DNA of 64,000 nt from Piromyces finnis finn (taxonomy: Eukaryota > Fungi > Neocallimastigomycota). The notes beneath the pieces are model-generated. The model saw only the letters and a list, made by a program, of their open reading frames with translations, was not told where the DNA came from and searched no databases. Of the stretch, positions 54,624 through 64,000 are shown piece after piece. A program made the position numbers and the translations under genes. Location: assembly GCA_002104945.1 (NCBI GenBank), contig MCFH01000035.1:310001-374000 (forward strand), in the 5' to 3' direction. Position 1 is the stretch's first letter; each line of letters begins with the position of its first letter.

Positions 54624-57600
54624 GAGGGTGAAAATCTAAAATAAAAAAAAAACTTTAAAAAAAAATTTTTTTTATTATACTATAAATGGTGATGATGAAT
54701 AAAAGTCTTTTTTTTTTTTTAAATTAAAACTTTAAAATTAGATAATAGAAAAAGGAAAAGAAAAAAAAAAGTTTTTAAAAAAAGACATTAAAACACACAT
54801 ACACACACACACTTTTCTTTTTTACACAGCTAAATAAACAACCTAATTTTTTTTTCTACTAAACTTTTTTATATTAAAATTTTTTAATAAATTATGTTAA
54901 ATTATTTTTTTACTAAAAAAAAAAATTTTTTTTTTTTTTAAAAAGGTAAAATTACATATTAATTTAAAACTTTTAAAAGGCTAAAAAAGATGGTTTAATA
55001 AATGTTTATTTATATTTCATCTATGATTAAAGTTAGGTTATCCATTAAGAAAATTAATTAACACAAAAAATTTTCAAATTTATATATAATTTATTTGTTT
55101 TTTTTTTTTTTTTATGGTTATATATATATATAAAATAAAAGGTATGACCACATCATAGTATTTATACTTTTTATAAACAATTGTCTTTTTTATATATTTG
55201 AAAAGAAAAAAAAAATAATAATAATTTGATAAACTAAGTAGAACGTTAAAGAATTAAAAATTAAAAAATTTTTAATTCATTTTTTTTTCAATAGTATTTT
55301 ATAAAGAATAAAATATATACAATACATATATGCCTATTTAATCATTAATTCATTTTTCTAATCAAATTAAGCTATTAATAAACTTGAATAGTATCAAAAT
55401 AATTTTATCCATCTAAACCATAAAATATAAAATAATCATGTTTTAACTCTTTTTTTAATACTGCCTTTTAAAATTTGTCTTTTTTATTCTTACCAGAATA
55501 TTTCTTTTAAATTATCCTAATAAAAAAAAAAAGTTTTACCACATATAATCTAGATGATTCTTTTATTAAATTTTATTCCTATTACATTACTATTAATTAT
55601 TAAACGTGGGGTGTTTATTTTAGTTTATTTAAACTTTAAAAGTATTATAATTAAAAATATAAAAATCTATTTATTTAGTGACACTTTTTTTTATTTATTT
55701 AAAATATATATATAAATAATATATAGTATAATTATTAATATGTTTTTTTTTTTTTTTAATATTTACAATTATTTTTGATTAAAATTCCTTTTTTAAATAT
55801 AATAATACATATTATTTCAGGTCATGTTTTTTTTAAAGATATTAAAGCTTATTAAACATTTAAGCTTTAAAACTATTTATTTATAAACACTTTTTTTAGT
55901 TCAAAAATAACCATATTAATATTATCAAAGAAATAAAAAAAAAAAAGTTTCTATAGAAATCCATACCATTTATTATTTTTTATTTATAGTTTTAAAAAAT
56001 CTTTATAACAGAAGTTTTCTATAGTTATGGATATACACTATAAAATATTGAAATGTATTTTTATTTAGTAATAATAAATGTTCAAGATATATTTTTTTAC
56101 ATATTCACACCATGAAAAGTTAATCCTAATTCTTTTAAATAATTTATTATAGAATATAAATAGTATTAATAAAATAAATAATATTTAATAAAAAGTTGTT
56201 ATTTTTTTTTTTTTTTCATTCTAATATAATTTCACTCTATAAGTTTTTTTTTAAAAAAAAAAAAACTAAAAAATCTTTTTAAAATATTTTGTTAATATCA
56301 ATTTCAATTGTAATTAAAAAGTTTAAAAAGAATATAAATTTTATACAAAAAAAAAAAAAAGTGTTAAAATAGATTACAAAAAAAAAACAATTATCGAAAT
56401 ATTTTAAAAAAAGTTTAAAAAGTACACACGCACACACAAACCACATACACAATAGATTATTAACTAATAATGATTCAAAATTTAAAAACTCTAGGTTACA
56501 CCCTTTTTTTTTTTTTAATTTTGTTCTTTTTTTTTTTTTATTATTTTTTTTTTCTTATTACTAATTATCCTTATGCAGTGTTCATACCTACTTTAATAAT
56601 CTTAATTCTTTAATGTGGATAAGAAACGTAAAATTAAAATGTAAAAAAAAAACTTTCTTTTTTTTGTTAAAGAAAAGGTGACATCATTCCATTTTCTTAA
56701 TATTATTTTCAATATTAAGCTTTATATTTCATTAAAGTACATTTAAATAAAAATAAAAATAATAATAAATACATAAATACATAGGCATAATACTTTAATT
56801 AGTTTAGTTTAATAGATTTAAAATTTTTTGTTATTTATATATAAACTTTTTTTTTAAAAAAAAAAAAAAAGTATTTTAATTTAAAAACCATGTCTATAAT
56901 TTTAATTAAAATATTATTAGTTTTATAAAAAAAAAAAAAGTGATAGTATATTCAATACATCCTAATTACATTACATACAATTCTTTATTTTTTAAAAATA
57001 TCTTTTTATATTTCAACTTTTTCACACCTTTATTATTTATTAGAGTTGAAGGAAGACTACTAAATAAAATCATCCTACTCTAATATCTTTTAAATGGTTT
57101 AGTAATTATTATATTAGATTCAACAAAGTATTATTATTCCTCAAAGGAACAAACCTTTCTATAAATTATTAGTAATAATAGGATAAATCTTTAAAACATT
57201 CACACCCACACATATATACAAATGAGGCATTAATTCTATAATTAAAAAATATTTCCTTTTTTCTTTTCTTTTATTTTTCATTTGTCACAAATAATTAAAA
57301 AAAAACTTTTTTTTGGTATTTTTTTAGGGATTCAATTTTATTGCTATATTGGTAAAAAAAAAAAAAAAATTCTCCTAAAGAAAATTCAATCTTAAAAGTA
57401 TTAAATTTAAAAAAAGCATGAAATGCATCATCAGCATCATAATTCTTGTTAAAATAAAACACCTACAAAATACCAAATTAAATCAACAACCTTACCACTA
57501 GTTCCTTCCTAACTTTCATAATAAAAAAAGGTCAAAGGATTAGTCATCCTTTTTTTTTAATAAAATTATTTTTTATTATTTACCATAAAAAAATTTTAAT

Positions 57601-59098
57601 TTGCGGCGGTTAAATTATTTTCTTATCTAATCGTAAAGCAACAAAAAAATTCCGTTTTTAATAAAAAAGAAAGAAACCAATAATAATTTTTAAATAAAAT
57701 TATTCGTTTTTTTTTTTCTTTTAAAAAAAATAGTCAAGGTTATATGAAAGTAAAAAAAAAATCGTTTTTAGCCTTTTTATATATATATATATATTTCATA
57801 GGTATTCTTCTTATCCTCAAAACTACCTAATGTAAATAGAATTACAATTTTGTACGTTTGTCTTTAACGTAGCATTTTATTGTAGAAAAAATAAATTAAT
57901 TTAGTAATATAATATAATAATATATAATAATATATAGTAATATATAGTATATTAACTTAATATATAATTAAATATAAATTAATTATACCAAATATAATTT
58001 TTTTTATTTTTTGTTTTTGTTTGTTTTTTTATGTATCCATTTTTATATAAATAAAAAATGATTAATTTCCATTTTAGTTATTATGATGTTTTAAATTAAT
58101 GAGAATATATTTTCAATATATTTACAATGGACTATAATATATACAATTTGATTAGTTCATTTGATATTTACTATTATTCTTTTCAGATGGTATTACACCA
58201 ATTTTACTATCACTATTCGTCACATCAACAAAAAGGTATATATTGAAGAAATAAAGTAATATTTAATAGTAGTAAGTAATGGTCATCCTATTGTATTAGG
58301 TAATAGTAATAATTGTCCTAAAGCAATCCTAATGTCCTATAGCCCTATAGTATATTAATTAAAGTAATAGTCCTAGAGGTATTCAATAAAAGACCTATTT
58401 TTATTTTCAATGAGTTGTACCTATATATTATAATATATGCTTTTTATTTAATTTAATATATAATTCTAGTCATGATTACTCCATACAATAGATTTATTTC
58501 TATTATTAATAAGTTATATATGGTAATTTTAATTAAAAATAAAATATATATTAATATATTAATATAATATATTACCTATCACATCCATAGCAACAAAAGG
58601 TTAATCTTTTTTTTCTGTTCCTCATCGAAACTAGCCCTTTTTTTAAATTTTTAACGTTTATTAAATTAATCTATTTTAATATATATTAAAACTTTAATTA
58701 TTAATATTTTATCATCATCCAAACTTTATTTAAATTAAATAATAATTTGAGCCTATTTAATTTAAAAATTTAAAAAAGTAAAAAAAATACAGAGAAATTT
58801 TTTATAGAATAAAATTTTTTTAATAAAAAAAGTCGTCTTTTTAAAGTATAAAAAAAAGGTAGGCCTAAGGGTGGGTGTAAGACATCATCACCCTTTCCAC
58901 TACTTTTCTATTTTATGTGGTGGTCATTGAGGAAGAGTGAGAAAAAGGGAAAAAAAACAAAGTTTTTAGACTTTAATGTTAGAAAAAGGGAAAAATTTAA
59001 TAAAAATGGCAGTTGAATAGACTCTAGACTCCTATTAAAAATATACTCAATAATAAAAATAAGCTTTTAAACTTTTTTACATCATATTTGCTTTATTA

Positions 59099-59450
<352 letters not shown>

Positions 59451-62114
59451 ATTATTATTACTCTATTATTAAAAATAACATAATACATAAGTAGTATAGT
59501 ATTATTGAATTGTATTATTACCTTTTTAGCACCATTTTATTAATATATTTTTATATTACCTTGAGTCATCCATGAAAATTAATATTTCATAATTTTAATT
59601 TTTTTTTTTAGTAATGACATGAATTCTATATTACTTAATACATAAAGCGATAAACGTATTTTTTACTATATTATACGATAGATGGCAGTATAAATTTTAA
59701 AAGTCTTAGAGCACCATTCTTTTAGAATTCAGTATTACCTAGTCTAATAACTTTCAATAATAATGTACTCTTTAATAATCTAAAACTATCATTAATTTTT
59801 TAATTTATTTTAATTAATGTAATGTAATATAGTAATAGAATATTTAAAATACTATTTTTTTTAAAATATGTCATTTTTTTATATAGGAAATAGACTACAA
59901 CTAAATAACATTCAAGCTGTAATATGAATTAGAAATAAACCGTTTACTCCTCATACCTACTAGTCCATCAATTCAACTTCAGTTGTTATTAATATTTCTT
60001 CTTTTCTCTTTTTTTTTTTTTTTTTTAATATTGAACATTTCACCATTATAAAAATAAAATAATGAAATCATATATTATAATATATGAGTAAATATATTTG
60101 TTATATATAGATATTTTTATTAATAAATTTATGTTACGCTTAACCATTTTTTTAATTTTTAATATTTTTTTTTAAAAAAAAAAAAGAATATATTAAATTT
60201 TTAAATTATTAAATATATTTTAATTTATATAAATATACTATTAATATATAATAAAAAATATATATAATTATAAATAAATATTAATTTAGATATACCATAA
60301 CTATATACCATACCATAATAAAATAAATGATTATGAATGAACCTGTAATTCAATAAAAAGAAAAAAACACCATTCACCATCATTACTATACCAGTAATGC
60401 TACCACACTTTTCCTATTTCTATGACCACTATTGTCTGTTCTTGTCTTTTATTGAATAATAAAAAATGTTTATTTTCTTTCCAATACTATAGATATATAT
60501 ATTTATTTTTAATAAAATTATACTACATTATGTATACAAATTATACCATAATATAATATGGAGTAACGATGTAACAACTAAATAGTAATATTCAATAGGT
60601 TCATTACGACGAGTGACACTGCTATAATATTCTTTTTATTTAATAAACTTTCTTTCGTTTCAATAGAATGAACAAGTCAAAAATGTTTATCATACGTCTT
60701 TTGATCATCTGTTCATTAATATTCAACATCAATTATTTATAAAAAAAAAAATGGGAGGGATTTATCATTTACCCACAATACAGCTGATAAAATAAACCAT
60801 CATTCGAATTAATGAGGATTGATACGTTCCTTTTTTTCCTCTTCATTCTTGTCATTTGCGATGTCAATGTCATATGAATAAGAATCATGTAATTACAAAT
60901 AGAATTTACAATAATACAATGGATCCACTTAAATTTTTATATTACATTAAATTGTATCCATTGTAATAGAATAATATATATTAATATATGTAATAGGATG
61001 ACCAATATATAATTTTATATTAAATAAGTTATTTTAATTAATATTATTCTTTAACTTTATTTTATTATAATAAATTAATTCATTTCAGTCATCACACCTT
61101 TGACGCATTCACGAATTACATTATTTTTAATAAAATGTTTGTAGTAATAATGTACAATAGAATGGAATTTATTTGTTACACTTATCACACTCACCACCAC
61201 CACTCACCCCAACCAAAGAATTAACATGCGTCAAGAAAATTAACGATGAAAAAGGAAATTTTTTTTATTCATCTTATGACGACGTAAATTAGGCTAATTA
61301 TTGGTTTAACCCAAACATGAATATTATTGGATTCTAATGGCAATTTTATAATAAATCGTAAAAAGTAACCATTTCCTAATGACCGGCGGTAGGGATAATA
61401 AAATATTATTATTATATACACACCCACATAGAAGACTAAAAAAAAAAAGTTCCTAAACGAATGGCAGGAAAATACAAAAAAAAAAAAAAAAAAGGTAGTT
61501 CCAGTTTTTTTTTATTACCTACACCACAACCTTTAGAACATAAAGAATTTTAGAAGGTACGACGTATAAATCATAGCATCCTTCTGCTAAAATTTAAGTC
61601 ATCCCACCAATAAATTAAAAAAAATAATTTTCAACTCTTTTTTTTCCTTTTAATTCTATCGAATGGCTATGGAAAATACCATCATAAATAAAAGTATTTA
61701 AAATCTTGGAATTAATGTGTATGTAGATTAGTAAAAATGTATAGAATGACTATTTTAATAGTATTATTTTTATTTTTTTAGAAAAAAAAAGCTTATGGAG
61801 AGAGAATAATTTAATAAATTGGTTCAGGCATTAAAAATTTTTTTCTACTTTTTATTATTATTATTAAAAAAATTTAATAACACACACACCATACAAAGTT
61901 TTTTATCAAATATTCATTCTATACCAAATGACTACTTAATAAACTTTACTTTTATCATTTTTTAGGTGAAGAGGTACATAATAAAAATAGTTTTAATGCA
62001 TTTTATAATGGTTAATATAATTATTAATATGAATTTTTTTTTTACATTTAACATTACTAATCCATACCTAGGTCATTATGATATTAATAACTAAATATTA
62101 GAAAAAATAGTTTT

Positions 62115-62256
62115 AATGCATAAAGTATTATTATCTTAATGTTATTAGGCACTAGCTTAAATGCATAAAGTATTATTATCTTAATGTTATTAGGCACTAG
62201 CTTAAATGCATAAAGTATTATTATCTTAATGTTATTAGGCACTAGCTTAAATGCAT
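62115..62256. repeat. Three perfect tandem copies of a 45-bp unit plus a partial fourth
   Basis: AATGCATAAAGTATTATTATCTTAATGTTATTAGGCACTAGCTTA at 62115, 62160 and 62205. Confidence 0.95.
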
Positions 62257-64000
62257 TAAATAATAATTACCATTCATTATATTCATTATATTCATTATGG
62301 TCATTATGGTCCTTTTAATATTTTATATTTTTAATCAATACACACTAAACACCACACCTTTCTTCATGCTTAAGGGAAAGATGAAAAAAAGCATTTTTTA
62401 TTATTTTTTATTGTAATTAAATTAAAAAATTAATTGAATTAATTGTATTATTACATTTAATATACGTATTAATATAAATATTATATTACATTATATGGCA
62501 TTTATTGAAATTTTATATGTCATATTAATAGAATTAATAAATTAATTAATATTAAATCATCTATAGAGAATAAAAAAATTAATATATTTTGGTTCATCTG
62601 TAATTTATTATAAAATACACTTTATATATAGAATTGATTTATTTTTTATATATTGGATTATATATACTATGAGAAAATAATGGTGTATAAAGAAAATGTT
62701 ACATCCTAACCCATTCATTTTTTTATATTAAAAAAAATAGATTTCCCTTCGTTCTATTGTAAATTAAATTTATATATTGTAATATATTATTACTATATTA
62801 TTATATATAGTAACATTCATTTTAATAAAGGGAAATAATCATTAATAATAAATTAAAGTTCATTCATTCAATATATTGTTAAAATAATAATTTATTATAA
62901 TATATTTATAATTGTATTGTTATATATTGTTATTATTTATTATAATATATGATATAAATATAATTTATATAATACGAATCCTATATAATTTTATAAATAA
63001 CATTATACTTAATATTTAAAGTTATTAATATAAACTTTTTAATATTATAACACCTATTAATATATAAAATATCTTTTTATATATATATTAAATATAATTC
63101 AATATAAACATTAATATATTAAATTTAAATAATTTAAACTTTTTTTCTCTTATAAAAGCAATCATTTTCTCCTCAAACCTTTCCTTTTTTTTCTTATAAA
63201 AAAAATATAAAAAAAATTTTTTTACTATAAAAAATTTTTTAACAAAAAAATATATTTAAAAAAAAAAACCATTTCCTTTTTTTTTTATTTTTATATAAAA
63301 TTTAGTCATTAATTTATTTTTTTTATTTCTTTTCTTTTTTATATCTCTACTATTTTTTTTATTTTTTTTTACTACTTTTTATTATAAAATCATTCTTTAT
63401 TTTTTTTAAAAAAAAAATTATTTCTAAGTACACATTTTTTTATTTAAAAAATTTCCTTTAAAAATTTTAAAAAGCTATTTAGAAATTCCTTTTTCACCCT
63501 AAAGTAAAAAAGAAATACAAAAATAACTTTAAAAATTTTTATTTAATAATTGTTAATATCTTTAGTATTTTTTAATAATAGAAAATATATATTTCATTAA
63601 AATATATAATATATAAAAAATACAAAAAAAATATACATAATTTATACTATACTGCAAATAACAACCAATACATTTGAAAAAAAAACATTTCAATTACACA
63701 TACATATTATAAAAATACATTAATTATATAAAAATATTTATATATTTTTGATACCTTTTAAGAAATTGCATATATAGAAAACAATTTTTTTTACTTTATA
63801 GTAAAAAAATAATTAGAAAATTACAATTTTTAGAATATAATAGAATATATTTTTAAACTTTTTGTAATTAGTTTTTTTTTTATGTATAATATACAGTTTT
63901 TATTGTAAATTATTTAAATTTATAAATAGATCAACACATACATTCAAAAAATAATTTAAACGATCATAATACATAAATCTTTGTCAATATATTTAATACA

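Overview
Extremely AT-rich, intron-rich eukaryotic DNA. The composition, short GT-AG introns and a BBSome gene fit a flagellated early-diverging fungus, most likely an anaerobic gut fungus (Neocallimastigomycota); this is an inference. I spliced 13 genes by eye: a CM1/centrosomin-motif coiled-coil protein (runs off the window start), an N-BAR-SH3 protein, two tandem canonical PARG paralogs, capping protein beta, an unknown zinc-finger/2-TM protein, ZC3H3/Red5-like, MPP6, V-ATPase E, BBS8, RAD6, a small secreted Cys protein and an intronless ZCCHC8-like gene. The last ~10 kb is gene-free and holds microsatellites and two 3-copy tandem repeats. Main leads: (1) three nuclear RNA exosome cofactor genes (ZC3H3, MPP6, ZCCHC8) lie within ~24 kb; (2) the ZCCHC8-like protein ends in DELEEGEIIE, an ARS2-binding-type motif, which suggests a direct NEXT-ARS2 link; (3) the PARG duplicates have intact catalytic motifs but unrelated N-termini. 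All assignments come from manual translation and remembered family motifs; no searches were run.
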